A DNA stretch of 64,000 nt from Bacillota bacterium (GTDB lineage: Bacteria > Bacillota > Clostridia > Christensenellales > CAG-138), in assembly GCA_023426265.1 (NCBI GenBank), contig JAFABA010000165.1, forward strand, positions 3,453-67,452, in the 5' to 3' direction. Under the pieces are notes generated by a model that saw only the letters and a program-made list of their open reading frames with translations, made no database searches and had not been told where the DNA came from. Within the stretch, counting starts at the first letter, position 1. Each line of letters opens with the position of its first letter. This document shows, in pieces, positions 1 to 8,888 of this stretch. Both the position numbers and the translations under genes were made by a program.

Positions 1-887
1 ATCATGAACACCATGCCCATCATCATCAAAGACATCAGGATCTGGGTGGTATAGCTGACAAAGCTCATCAGGTCGCCGGTGAGCATGGTGCCGTTAATGA
101 TGCGCACGCCGCCAAACCAGGAGATGGCGATCATACATGCGTAAATGACGAACATCATCATCGGCATGATCCAGATAACGATGCGTTCTGCCGCATACTG
201 CAGTTTCATCACCTGGGTAGATACCTCGCGGAATTTTTCCGTCTCGTGGTCTTCACGCACAAACGCCTTGACCACGCGGATGCCGATGAGGTCTTCCTGG
301 ACGTTTCGGTTCATTTTATCGTACTCCGCAAGCATTTTCCGAAAGCGCGGATACGCGGAAGACATCACGAATATCAGCGTTGCGGCCAACACCGGTACGG
401 CAATCAGGAACACCGTCGCCAGCTCCGTATTGATGGAGACCGCCATAATGACCGCAAACACCAGCATGACGGGCGCGCGCACCGCCAGGCGCAGCGACAT
501 CATAAATGTGTTCTGCACGCTTGTGACGTCGGTGGTGAGCCTCGTAACTAAGCTTGCGGTGCTGAAACGGTCGATATTGGAAAAGGAAAAGTCCTGTATT
601 TTTGCAAACAGCGCCCGCCTGAGGTTCTGCGCAAAGCCTGCGCCCGCTGTAGAAGAAAGGCGGGACGTGAGCATGCCGAAGCACAGCGACAAAAACGCCA
701 TGCCGATCATCAAGAGCCCGATTTGCGTAATGTAGGCCATATCCCGGTTCGCAACGCCGATATTGATGATACGCGACATCAAAAACGGGATGGTCACTTC
801 CATCGCCACCTCGAGCACCATGGTAATCGGCGACAGAATGGTTTGTTTCTTATATGCGCCCAGGTAGCGCAGCAACGTTTTTAGCAT
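1..887 (-). CDS. ABC exporter (fused permease/ATPase type), N-terminal transmembrane domain only. The rest lies beyond the window start.
   Basis: Hand translation of the minus strand from ATG 887..885 gives MLKTLLRYLGAYKKQTILSPITMVLEVAMEVTIPFLMSRIINIGV...IGIRVVKAFVREDHE..., a typical type-I ABC exporter TMD. It is missing from the ORF track because it runs off the window edge. Its start overlaps the MarR stop (ATGCTAA). Confidence 0.8.
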   Translation of the reverse strand, partial: MLKTLLRYLGAYKKQTILSPITMVLEVAMEVTIPFLMSRIINIGVANRDMAYITQIGLLMIGMAFLSLCFGMLTSRLSSTAGAGFAQNLRRALFAKIQDFSFSNIDRFSTASLVTRLTTDVTSVQNTFMMSLRLAVRAPVMLVFAVIMAVSINTELATVFLIAVPVLAATLIFVMSSAYPRFRKMLAEYDKMNRNVQEDLIGIRVVKAFVREDHETEKFREVSTQVMKLQYAAERIVIWIMPMMMFVIYACMIAISWFGGVRIINGTMLTGDLMSFVSYTTQILMSLMMMGMVFM

Positions 888-1396
888 GTTTTCTCCCCCA
901 GCATATGCTCGTGCATTTTTCGTTTCAACTGCATGAGCGATTCAAAATCCAAATGCTCGACATCGAGCTTGGCGCGATCCGCGGCGCTTTTCACTAGCTT
1001 TCCCAGCAATATGGAAAGCTCATCCATGTCCTCCTTGGAAAGGACGGAAAAGACGTCTCCATCCACTTCAATGTAGCGCTGCTTGCACGCCCTTGAAATC
1101 TGCTCGCCCTTTGACGTCAGGTACAGCCGGTTGCAGCGCTGGTCGTCTTCCGTCTGTTTTTTTAAGAGCCCGTCCCGCTGCATCCGCTTTGTGGACTGCG
1201 CGACCGAGGACGGGGAAATGAGCAGCGCTTCGGCAATCTGCACCTGCGTACATCCGGGGTTCCACCGGATATATTCGAGCACCGGAAGCTGGCCGCGGTG
1301 CAGCGGGGAAGTTTCCGCCGCCTTTCTTTGCAGGATCCGGCGCAGGCAAAAAAGCTGTTCGAGCTGCAGCGCCACATCCGAATAGCGTTCGGGCAT
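881..1396 (-). CDS. MarR family transcriptional regulator
   Basis: 171-aa ORF. The winged-helix stretch PVLEYIRWNPGCTQVQIAEALLISPSSVAQSTKRMQRDGLLKK...RCNRLYLTSKG is MarR-like. It is translationally coupled to the downstream ABC exporter. Confidence 0.85.
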   Translation of the reverse strand: MPERYSDVALQLEQLFCLRRILQRKAAETSPLHRGQLPVLEYIRWNPGCTQVQIAEALLISPSSVAQSTKRMQRDGLLKKQTEDDQRCNRLYLTSKGEQISRACKQRYIEVDGDVFSVLSKEDMDELSILLGKLVKSAADRAKLDVEHLDFESLMQLKRKMHEHMLGEKTC

Positions 1397-1413
1397 TTTA
1401 CTCCTCCTTCATT

Positions 1414-1474
1414 TAGTGAAGTGCTTCATTGTTACGCACTTCACTATTATGCTACCGCAGATTTTCATTGTAAA
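1414..1474 (-). promoter_or_regulatory. Promoter plus palindromic operator of the MarR/ABC operon
   Basis: Perfect 11-bp inverted repeat TAGTGAAGTGC-N11-GCACTTCACTA (1414..1424 / 1436..1446). It lies between a minus-strand TTTACA-17nt-CATAAT promoter (1474..1446) and the MarR RBS. Confidence 0.5.
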
Positions 1475-1530
1475 GAGGCGAATATGGCATGAATGTAAAA
1501 AAAACGTAAGCATGTTCTGGAAGGTCCCCC

Positions 1531-1558
1531 AAAAAATAAAAGGGCGCCGACGGCGCCC
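1531..1558 (-). terminator. Rho-independent terminator downstream of the YhfC-like gene
   Basis: GGGCGCC-N3-GGCGCCC stem followed on the minus strand by TTTTATTTTTT. Confidence 0.6.
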
Positions 1559-1559
1559 C

Positions 1560-1730
1560 AGCTTACTGCATGCCCCTCCTTAGGGGGTGTGGGGGCTCTC
1601 CCCAAGGGGAGCCCCTATTGGATCAAATCTGACGATTGGCTGTGCAGCTTTGGCTGCATATCATTCCTTGCAGAATACCCGAATGTGCCATTCGGTGCAT
1701 GCGCGTCAGATTCAAAGTCCGCAGGACTTT
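1560..1730. repeat. Cluster of consecutive short GC-rich hairpins (intergenic / 3'UTR)
   Basis: Back-to-back palindromes seen by eye: CCCCTCCTTAGGGGG, GGGGCTCTCCCCAAGGGGAGCCCC, TGCAGCTTTGGCTGCA, CGAATGTGCCATTCG, AAAGTCCGCAGGACTTT. Confidence 0.5.
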
Positions 1731-1731
1731 G

Positions 1732-2607
1732 TCAGCGGCCTTCTGGAGACTCCACAAATTCCTCCGAAGAATTCGCGGGTTGTTCGGGCGGAACCTCCTG
1801 CGCGGGGATCACGCCGATCGCATCCGCGGGCAATTCCACCACGGGGAAGTTCTTCTTTGCACGCAACGCGTAGAAAAGGCACAGCACCGCAAACACCAGC
1901 ATGACCCCTTCGAGCGCGAGCGGACCCATGTGCGTATAGGCCGGGACGATCACCGCAAACGCGTCCACAAACGTGTGCGCAAGTATCGCGAGCAGGAGAT
2001 ACTTCCCGGGCCGGTTTCGCACAAAGCCCGTAAATATCATGGCGGAGAAGCCGATGTGCAGCATCACCGCGAATATGCGTTCCGCGCCGCCGAGCACCGA
2101 GAGGATGGGTGTAAGCGCGCCCAGCTGCCCCGCAACGGTGGCGGCAACATCCTCGCCTACCATTGCAACCAATGTGCCGTTGCTCATGGCAAAATAGAGT
2201 ATTAGGGAACTGATGAGCGGAACCCCGGCCAGGAGGATGGCCTCTATTCCGCCGTGGCCGAAGCCAAACGCTATGGCATCCGCATAGCGCCTGTGTTTTT
2301 TGAGCATCAGCTTGCAGAAAAGATACCTTGCGAACTCTTCAAACAGACCCGCGGTAAACCCCATAAACAGCCCGTAGAGGACGATGTTTTGCGAAAGCTG
2401 CTGCATAAAAGGGGTTTGCCCGAATATGCTCAAAAGCGGCATGCGGATGAGCACCTGAGAGACGGTAAACGCAAGAACGCCCGTAAAGAACGCAGGAGCA
2501 ATTTTCAGCTTTTTCCCCTGCATGATAAGGAACGATACGATGGGCAGCCCGAAGCATACGGCAATGCTTGCAATGAGGCCGATAGTGACCAATGTGGTGT
2601 TTTGCAT
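1732..2607 (-). CDS. YhfC-family (CPBP-like) intramembrane metalloprotease
   Basis: Polytopic membrane ORF carrying the motifs GLFEEFARY, FGFGHGGIE and LAHTFVD. The start is refined to MQNTT (ATG 2607), which is preceded by GGAGGG. Confidence 0.65.
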   Translation of the reverse strand: MQNTTLVTIGLIASIAVCFGLPIVSFLIMQGKKLKIAPAFFTGVLAFTVSQVLIRMPLLSIFGQTPFMQQLSQNIVLYGLFMGFTAGLFEEFARYLFCKLMLKKHRRYADAIAFGFGHGGIEAILLAGVPLISSLILYFAMSNGTLVAMVGEDVAATVAGQLGALTPILSVLGGAERIFAVMLHIGFSAMIFTGFVRNRPGKYLLLAILAHTFVDAFAVIVPAYTHMGPLALEGVMLVFAVLCLFYALRAKKNFPVVELPADAIGVIPAQEVPPEQPANSSEEFVESPEGR

Positions 2608-2765
2608 AAAGCCCTCCAATCTGTTGCAGCCCGAAAACATCAAAGCCCGCCTGTAAACAACTACACCATTTCCCTAATTATTGTATCCTGGAAATCCACC
2701 GCATTCAACCGGATGCCAAAAATAAAACCGGCGTGCGCGGATGCGCACGCCGGTAGGTTCCATAT

Positions 2766-2900
2766 CTATTCTTCTTTCTTCTTCTGTTTGCTTCCGATGG
2801 AAACCATCAGTTTGGCGAAAAAGTAAAACAGAATCAGGGATATAAATACGCCCGCCAGGCCAAAGCCCATCACAGACCAACCAGCATCAACTATCGTCAT
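2766..2900 (-). CDS. OadG-like small membrane subunit (44 aa), absent from the ORF track
   Basis: Hand translation gives MTIVDAGWSVMGFGLAGVFISLILFYFFAKLMVSIGSKQKKKEE. AAGGAGGG lies 8 nt upstream. The protein has a single TM helix plus a Lys/Glu tail and starts 15 nt after the OadB stop. Confidence 0.5.
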   Translation of the reverse strand: MTIVDAGWSVMGFGLAGVFISLILFYFFAKLMVSIGSKQKKKEE

Positions 2901-2914
2901 TGTCTTACCCTCCT

Positions 2915-4078
2915 TTATTTAATCAGCGACGCAAGCCATGGCGTAATGGACAGAATGATGCCGCCTGCAATGACGGAACCGATCTGCCCGGAAACATTCG
3001 CGCCCATCGCCTGCATCAGGATGAAGTTCGTGGGGTCCTCCTCCTTTGCCATGCGCTGCACGATACGGGCCGCCATTGGGAAAGCGGAGATGCCCGCTGC
3101 GCCTATCATGGGGTTGACTTTGTTTTTCCCGGAGAACAGGTTAATCAGCTTCGCAAACAACACGCCGCCCGCGGTATCGAATATGAATGCGACCAAGCCC
3201 AATCCAAGTATGGCGAGCGTACCGGCCGTAAGGAAATCCTCATATCTCATGGAAGCGCCAATGGTAATGCCCAGCAGCAGCGTTACAATATTGGAAAGCT
3301 CTTTCTGGGCTGCCTGCGCGAGCCGCTCCACAACGCCCGCTTCCTTAAGCAGGTTGCCAAACATCAGGAGGCCAATCAAGGGAGCGCTGATGGGTGCGAT
3401 GATACCGGCAAGAACCGTAACGCCGATGGGGAACAGGACCATTACCCATTTGGGCAGCGTGACGTCGCTGTACACCATCCGGATTTTGCGCTCTTCCCTG
3501 CTGGTCAGAAGCTTAATAATCGGCGGCTGGATAATGGGTACGAGGGACATATAAGAGTAAGCGGCAACCGTTATGGCGGGAAGCAGCCTTTGAGAAAATT
3601 GCGATGCAACAATAATTGAGGTCGGCCCATCCGCAGCGCCGATAATACCAATGGATACGGCGTCTTTCAACGTGAAATTAAGGATTGGGAACAACTGAGT
3701 GAGGAAAATTGCCGCCATCACCGTAAAGAAAATTCCAAACTGGGCCGCGGCGCCAAAGAACATCATTTTCGGCGTAGAAAGCAAGGGCCTGAAATCCGTC
3801 ATTGCGCCAATGCCTATGAATATGAGCGCGGGAAACAGCTCTGTGAGGATACCGGAGTTGTAAACAAACTGCAGCAACCCTACTTCCGTCCCTTGGCCCC
3901 AAATGATGCTTAACGGCAGGTTGACAAGAATTGCGCCAAATCCGATGGGAAGCAGCAGCACCGGCTCATAATCCTTTGCAATGGCAAGGTATATGAGTAA
4001 CCCGCCAATCGCATACATAATGAGATATTGCCAATGGAATGTGAGTATGCCCTCGAACAAACTTGAAATACCGCTCAT
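2915..4078 (-). CDS. Sodium ion-translocating decarboxylase beta subunit (OadB/GcdB/MmdB family)
   Basis: MSGISSLFEGILTFHWQYLIMYAIGGLLIYLAIAKDYEPVLLLPIGFGAILVNLP... is typical of the family. The start is refined from the track (4192) to ATG 4078. Confidence 0.9.
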   Translation of the reverse strand: MSGISSLFEGILTFHWQYLIMYAIGGLLIYLAIAKDYEPVLLLPIGFGAILVNLPLSIIWGQGTEVGLLQFVYNSGILTELFPALIFIGIGAMTDFRPLLSTPKMMFFGAAAQFGIFFTVMAAIFLTQLFPILNFTLKDAVSIGIIGAADGPTSIIVASQFSQRLLPAITVAAYSYMSLVPIIQPPIIKLLTSREERKIRMVYSDVTLPKWVMVLFPIGVTVLAGIIAPISAPLIGLLMFGNLLKEAGVVERLAQAAQKELSNIVTLLLGITIGASMRYEDFLTAGTLAILGLGLVAFIFDTAGGVLFAKLINLFSGKNKVNPMIGAAGISAFPMAARIVQRMAKEEDPTNFILMQAMGANVSGQIGSVIAGGIILSITPWLASLIK

Positions 4079-4358
4079 TGTCTTTGTTCTTTTCCTTTCT
4101 TCAGTTCGGAGTGGGTAAAGATTGTCCCGCTGATATGATGATTGCCAAAACGATATCGGTTTTATTGTAGCATATTGCAAGATTTCTTGCATAGGTGATG
4201 TGAATTTGATGTGAATTTTTTTTGTTATGAAGCGGATATATGGTATAACCGTAGCTTTATGCCGGGCATATACGGGAAGAGCTGCATTTACCCTTGCAAC
4301 ACAAGAAAATTAGGGGTATACTGGTAAAAACAGCGTATGGTTGGGGGTTATAAGGTAC

Positions 4359-4709
4359 ATGCAGAAGACGCGGGTCACTGTTCATGTAGCCGGGCAAACG
4401 GTTCATTTGTGCGGTACCGAAGAAGAAACGTATATCAAAAGCGTAGCGGCCTATGTGGATGAAAAAGTAAACGAGGTGCAAAAGGCGCACCCTGCGCTGG
4501 GCACCAGCACCTGCGTGATGCTAAGCGCTCTCAATATGGCGGACGAGCTGTTTAAACTAAGGCAGCAGTACGCGGAGCTGGACCAGCGGATTATGGAATT
4601 GAGGAGTCTCTCCTCCCCCGCCATCCTGCCGCGGCCCGGGGCAAAGGCGCCGGTCAAGCATCCGTTTGAAGAAAAGCAGGCGGTTGCAAAGCAGGGCGAA
4701 CAGAAATAA
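4359..4709 (+). CDS. zapA: Cell division protein ZapA
   Basis: MQKTRVTVHVAGQTVHLCGTEEETYIKSVAAYVDEKVNEV...MLSALNMADELFKLRQQ followed by a coiled-coil tail. This is the ZapA pattern. Confidence 0.8.
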   Translation: MQKTRVTVHVAGQTVHLCGTEEETYIKSVAAYVDEKVNEVQKAHPALGTSTCVMLSALNMADELFKLRQQYAELDQRIMELRSLSSPAILPRPGAKAPVKHPFEEKQAVAKQGEQK

Positions 4710-4722
4710 ATTCCAAAATCAC

Positions 4723-4747
4723 AAAAATCCCGAAAGGGATTTTTTTA
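4723..4747 (+). terminator. Rho-independent terminator of zapA
   Basis: AAAAATCCC-GAAA-GGGATTTTT followed by a T-run. A second hairpin plus T-run sits at 4777..4812. Confidence 0.7.
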
Positions 4748-4812
4748 TATGCAACCTGCTTGAAGGTTTCAAGGTATCGGCGCTTTAAAAGCGCCGACGT
4801 TTGTTTTTTTTG

Positions 4813-5130
4813 CTTTGGGGGAACTGCGTTTCCCCAAACCCCTTCCTTAAGAACGCCTGTCTAGGTGACTCTCCTGCTACTACGCCATTCCGCAAGCGGA
4901 ATGCCTTTCAATAAGCGTCCTGTCTGCTGCATGGCGGGGCGCTCCGCCGCCCCGCTCACATTAGTATTTTTAGAGAATACATAAAAATCCGTCAAAGTTG
5001 ACGACACGTGCGTCAGCTTTGACACATTGCACGGCCGCCGCCCGGAAAACGCCACAGCGTTTTTAGGCGGCCGTAGAAAAATCCTCCCCGTAAATGCTCG
5101 CGCAAGTGGCGCATTTGCGCCGCTTGCGCG
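4813..5130. repeat. Cluster of consecutive GC-rich hairpins
   Basis: Serial palindromes: GGGGAA..TTCCCC, ATTCCGC-AA-GCGGAAT, GTCAAAGTTGACG..CGTCAGCTTTGAC, CGGCCGCC..GGCGGCCG with a nested AAAACGC..GCGTTTT, and CGCGCAAGTGGCGC-ATTT-GCGCCGCTTGCGCG. Confidence 0.5.
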
Positions 5131-5132
5131 AC

Positions 5133-5171
5133 CAAAAAAGCGGCAGCGCCCGGGGGGAGCCGGACGCTGCC
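5133..5171 (-). terminator. Rho-independent terminator of the htrA-like gene
   Basis: GGCAGCG...CGCTGCC stem followed on the minus strand by GCTTTTTT. Confidence 0.55.
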
Positions 5172-5221
5172 TTTCTAAGGATGGTTGGGGGTATGTCATC
5201 GCCTTACATGGCGTTATGACC

Positions 5222-6481
5222 TTACTCGGGAACATATTCCCCGAATGTTACGGTAAGGGAAAGTTCTTCATTGCCCCGTTGTATCTCTATTGTTGCCGTA
5301 TCCCCGGCTTTATATTCACTGATTGCCGAAGCAAGTTCGCTTCCGGTGGAAATTTCTTTGCCGTCTACCGTAACGATCAGGTCTCCCGCCTGGATGCCCG
5401 CGCTTTCCGCGGCGCTGCCTTTCACAATCTCAGCGACCTGCACGCGGGTCGCCACGTTCTGGCCGGACCCGAATTCGAATATCCCGAACAGGCCCCCGCC
5501 GTCACGCCCGTCCGCGGCTTCGGGCTGTATGGCCACATTCTGCGTGTATACGCCGAGATAGGCGCGCCCGCTGACATAGCCGAGGTCAATCAAGTCCGAA
5601 ATCACAGCCTTGGCGTCGTTGACCGGGATTGCAAACCCCAGCCCTTCCGTGGCGGAGGAAGCGACCTTCGCGTTAATGATGCCGATCAGCTGCCCCCGGG
5701 CGTTGAACAGCCCGCCGCCGGAGTTGCCGGGGTTGATGGCTGCGTCCGTCTGCAGCAACGTCATCTCCTGGTTTTCGATCGTGATAGTACGGGACAGCGC
5801 GCTCACCATGCCGCTTGTCGCCGTGCCCCGCAGCTCGCCCAGCGGGTTGCCGATCGCCACAACGTCCTCGCCCACCACCAGCGCATCCGAATCGCCCATG
5901 GTCACGGGGGTCAGGTTTGCCGCTTCGATTTTGATAACGGCAAGGTCCGTTTTCTGGTCGGAGCCTACCAATGTGGCGTCGTACTCCGTATCGTCGGAGA
6001 GATATACCTTAATGCCATTCGCGCCTTGGATCACATGGTTGTTGGTGATGATATAGCCATCCGCGGAAATGATAATTCCGCTGCCGCTGCCCATCGTGGC
6101 CTCACTGCGGCCATACCAGTCCGTCTGCGTGCCTTCCACGTCGATTCCCACGATAGAGGGCGCCGCAAGCTGCACGATCTGCGCCTTTGTATAGGTGCCG
6201 TCCACCGCCGCCTGTGTCGACAGGCTGCTTACGGGCTTACTGTCTTCTTCCGGAATTCCTGCCGTTTGATTCACAGCGGCAGGCGCAGGGGTAGCCTGCG
6301 CGTAAAGTCCCGCATCTCCGGTTTTTACAATTTGGCCGCCCAATGCGCCGCCCAACAGCCCCGTGATCAGCATGCAGACGATCAACGTGGTGACGGAAAC
6401 CCTTTTCCCGCGCTGCTTTTTATCCGCATCGCTGAAATGCTGCTGCTTTTGTTCCTCATACCAGTATTGGTTATCCATCAT
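5222..6481 (-). CDS. HtrA/DegP-family trypsin-like serine protease with a PDZ domain
   Basis: N-terminal TM helix, catalytic GNSGGGLFNARGQLIGIINAKV, the ITNNHVI His box, and a C-terminal PDZ-like stretch (GIQAGDLIVTVDGKEI). Confidence 0.9.
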   Translation of the reverse strand: MMDNQYWYEEQKQQHFSDADKKQRGKRVSVTTLIVCMLITGLLGGALGGQIVKTGDAGLYAQATPAPAAVNQTAGIPEEDSKPVSSLSTQAAVDGTYTKAQIVQLAAPSIVGIDVEGTQTDWYGRSEATMGSGSGIIISADGYIITNNHVIQGANGIKVYLSDDTEYDATLVGSDQKTDLAVIKIEAANLTPVTMGDSDALVVGEDVVAIGNPLGELRGTATSGMVSALSRTITIENQEMTLLQTDAAINPGNSGGGLFNARGQLIGIINAKVASSATEGLGFAIPVNDAKAVISDLIDLGYVSGRAYLGVYTQNVAIQPEAADGRDGGGLFGIFEFGSGQNVATRVQVAEIVKGSAAESAGIQAGDLIVTVDGKEISTGSELASAISEYKAGDTATIEIQRGNEELSLTVTFGEYVPE

Positions 6482-6688
6482 TCCAGCCTCCTTTTAAGTT
6501 TGTGAACTTGATACCATTGTTATACACAACAATTTTGAACGGGCATGCGAGCAAATACGGTGATTTTATGGAAAATCATGTACCAATTTTGACATGGCGC
6601 TGATGCTCCCGGCGGGCCCGGCGCATTGACATATACTGCCGCAGGGGGGTACAATCATAACGGTAGCAAGTAAAAAAGGAGCCAATAC

Positions 6689-7552
6689 ATGCGGTTTTTG
6701 CTCAAGCTGCTCAAAGGGGCGCTGATTGGCATCGCGGTAGTCATCCCCGGCGTAAGCGGCGGTTCCATGGCGATGTCCATGGGCATTTATACCCAGATCA
6801 TCGATTTCTTTTCGGCAGGCAAAGGCGCCTCTAAACACGGCCGCGTGCTGCTGCCTTACGGCATCGGCGTGCTGATAGGCGTTGGCCTCTTTTCCTATTT
6901 TATTGAATTGATGTTTCAGCTGTTTCCGCTGCAAACGGCCTGCGCGTTCGTCGGCATGATCGTGGGCGCGCTGCCGATGCTTTTAAGAAAAGTAAAGGGA
7001 ACGCCTTTTCGGCTGACCCATCTTCTGCTCATGCTGGGCACCGCCTCAATTATCGTGGCGATGACCGTCGTAAGCCAACAGTCCGGAAGCACATCCGTGT
7101 TATCTCCCACGGCGCCCCACGCCGTACTTGCGCTAGGGCTTGGCTTTGTTTCCGCCGCCACCATGACGGTGCCGGGCTTGAGCGGCTCCATGCTGCTGAT
7201 TTTGCTTGGTTACTTTGAACCCATGCTCCAGTATGTGAACGGCTTTACCGGGGCCTTGTTCCGGCTGGATTTTCCGGCTCTGCTTGAAAGGGCGGTCATA
7301 CTCATCCCCTTCACGCTGGGCGTCATCATCGGCATCGTATGCATGGCGCGGCTGGTACGCGTGCTGTTACGGCGTTATCCGCTTTCCACGTACTATGGTA
7401 TCATCGGCCTTGTGCTCGCTTCCCCCTTTACGGTGTTTTACCAGCAGCGGTTCATGCAGGCAGATCTCATGACGCTGCTTTCGGGCATATTGTTTCTTGG
7501 AGCGGGCTTCCTATTAGCCATGCTGCTGGGAGGCGGGAAAGATGAACGCTAG
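6689..7552 (+). CDS. DUF368 family membrane protein (putative undecaprenyl-phosphate translocase family)
   Basis: LKGALIGIAVVIPGVSGGSMAMSMGIY and a second VPGLSGSMLLILLGYF repeat. This is the duplicated DUF368 motif. Confidence 0.8.
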   Translation: MRFLLKLLKGALIGIAVVIPGVSGGSMAMSMGIYTQIIDFFSAGKGASKHGRVLLPYGIGVLIGVGLFSYFIELMFQLFPLQTACAFVGMIVGALPMLLRKVKGTPFRLTHLLLMLGTASIIVAMTVVSQQSGSTSVLSPTAPHAVLALGLGFVSAATMTVPGLSGSMLLILLGYFEPMLQYVNGFTGALFRLDFPALLERAVILIPFTLGVIIGIVCMARLVRVLLRRYPLSTYYGIIGLVLASPFTVFYQQRFMQADLMTLLSGILFLGAGFLLAMLLGGGKDER

Positions 7553-8294
7553 CCACACGCTTTCCTGTACGCTGTTGACCAACGATGTGGACGCATTCGG
7601 CCTGTGGCGCCCCAACGCCATGTTCCGCCTGATGCAGGAAAGCGCCGGGGAGCATTCCGCGAAGCTCGGCTTTTCCCGGGAAACGCTGGTTGAAAAGCTC
7701 GGCTTTGTCTGGATGATCGCAAGAGCGCAGTCCGTGATCCACCGCATGCCCGGTTACCGGGATACCATACATGTCACCACCTGGTACGGGGAGCCGAATA
7801 AAATCACATTCCCCCGCTACTTCCGCGTATATGACGAAAACGACACGCTCATTGCCTCCGCCTCCACGGCGTGGACGTTGGTGGATCTTTCCTCGCGCCG
7901 AATCGTGCCGCCGGGAAAATGCGATCTTACATTCCCTCCCGTGGCTTCCCTTACATCCGAACTGCCCGAACCGGGAAAGCTACGCTTAAAAAAAGAAGGT
8001 GCGCCCGAAATCGTCTGCCGCGCTCCGCTGTATGGCGACATCGACGTCAACGGGCATATGAATAATGCAAGCTATGTCAGCTGGGTCATGGATCTGTTCC
8101 CGCTGGAGCACCACAGGCAATTTCGGCTTCGCGCGTTTTCCATCGGCTATTTATCCGAAGCCGTGCCCGGCGAGCAGGTGCAGATAAGCCTGTACCGGGA
8201 TGGCAACGCGTTTGAGGTGCAGGGAGTAGATCTTGTTGACCGGCACCCGGTGTTTGAAGCACAGGGGGAATGGCTCCCTGTTCAAGTTGATTAG
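7542..8294 (+). CDS. Acyl-ACP thioesterase
   Basis: Tandem hot-dog pattern: [21 protein letters not shown]...[17 protein letters not shown]...[16 protein letters not shown]. It overlaps the upstream gene by 11 nt. Confidence 0.8.
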   Translation: MNASHTLSCTLLTNDVDAFGLWRPNAMFRLMQESAGEHSAKLGFSRETLVEKLGFVWMIARAQSVIHRMPGYRDTIHVTTWYGEPNKITFPRYFRVYDENDTLIASASTAWTLVDLSSRRIVPPGKCDLTFPPVASLTSELPEPGKLRLKKEGAPEIVCRAPLYGDIDVNGHMNNASYVSWVMDLFPLEHHRQFRLRAFSIGYLSEAVPGEQVQISLYRDGNAFEVQGVDLVDRHPVFEAQGEWLPVQVD

Positions 8295-8305
8295 GAGGAA
8301 TTTTT

Positions 8306-8809
8306 ATGGTCATTATCACAATGGAAAACGGCGGCAGGATCGAACTCGAACTGGACCGCACGGCTGCCCCCAACACGGTAAAGAACTTTTTGTACCTTGC
8401 GCGCAAAGGCTTTTACAACGGGCTCATATTCCACCGCGTTATCCCCGGCTTTATGATTCAGGGCGGCTGCCCCGAAGGCACCGGCATGGGCGGGCCCGGC
8501 TACGGCATAAAGGGCGAATTCTCTTCTAACGGCCACAAGAACCCGCTCAGGCATGCGCGGGGCGTGATTTCCATGGCGCGCGCGGGAAACCCGAACTCCG
8601 CGGGCTCGCAGTTCTTTATCATGCACAAGGATTCCCCGCACTTAGACGGGCAGTACGCCGCGTTTGGCAAGGTGACAAGCGGCATCGAAGTGGTGGATGA
8701 AATCGCCGCCGCCCCCACGGATATGCGGGACCGCCCGAAGTCCGATATGCGCATCAAATCCATAGAAGTTGTGGACGAAGGCGAAATCGCCGAGCCGGAA
8801 AAGATGTAA
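8306..8809 (+). CDS. Peptidyl-prolyl cis-trans isomerase, cyclophilin type
   Basis: [25 protein letters not shown]...[20 protein letters not shown]. Confidence 0.92.
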   Translation: MVIITMENGGRIELELDRTAAPNTVKNFLYLARKGFYNGLIFHRVIPGFMIQGGCPEGTGMGGPGYGIKGEFSSNGHKNPLRHARGVISMARAGNPNSAGSQFFIMHKDSPHLDGQYAAFGKVTSGIEVVDEIAAAPTDMRDRPKSDMRIKSIEVVDEGEIAEPEKM

Positions 8810-8888
8810 TGAGCTTTGGAGCCGCTTCTGTTTCATCAGCCGCGGCTCCGTTCTTATACAAAAGAAAAGTGGATAGGGGGAGTATACT

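Noticed and set aside
5027-6505. Long antisense ORFs in the GC-rich flanks. Examples: 5027..6505(+), 10969..11754(-), 13919..14936(-), 43652..44416(+), 45697..46353(+), 46914..47771(+), 47500..48390(+), 48613..49689(+), 49817..50731(+), 50749..51585(+), 56788..57798(-), 58021..58626(-), 59269..60348(-).
   Set aside because: Each lies opposite a gene with clear family motifs. Their translations are Arg/Ala/Gly/Pro-rich low-complexity strings, which is typical of stop-codon-poor antisense frames in high-GC DNA.
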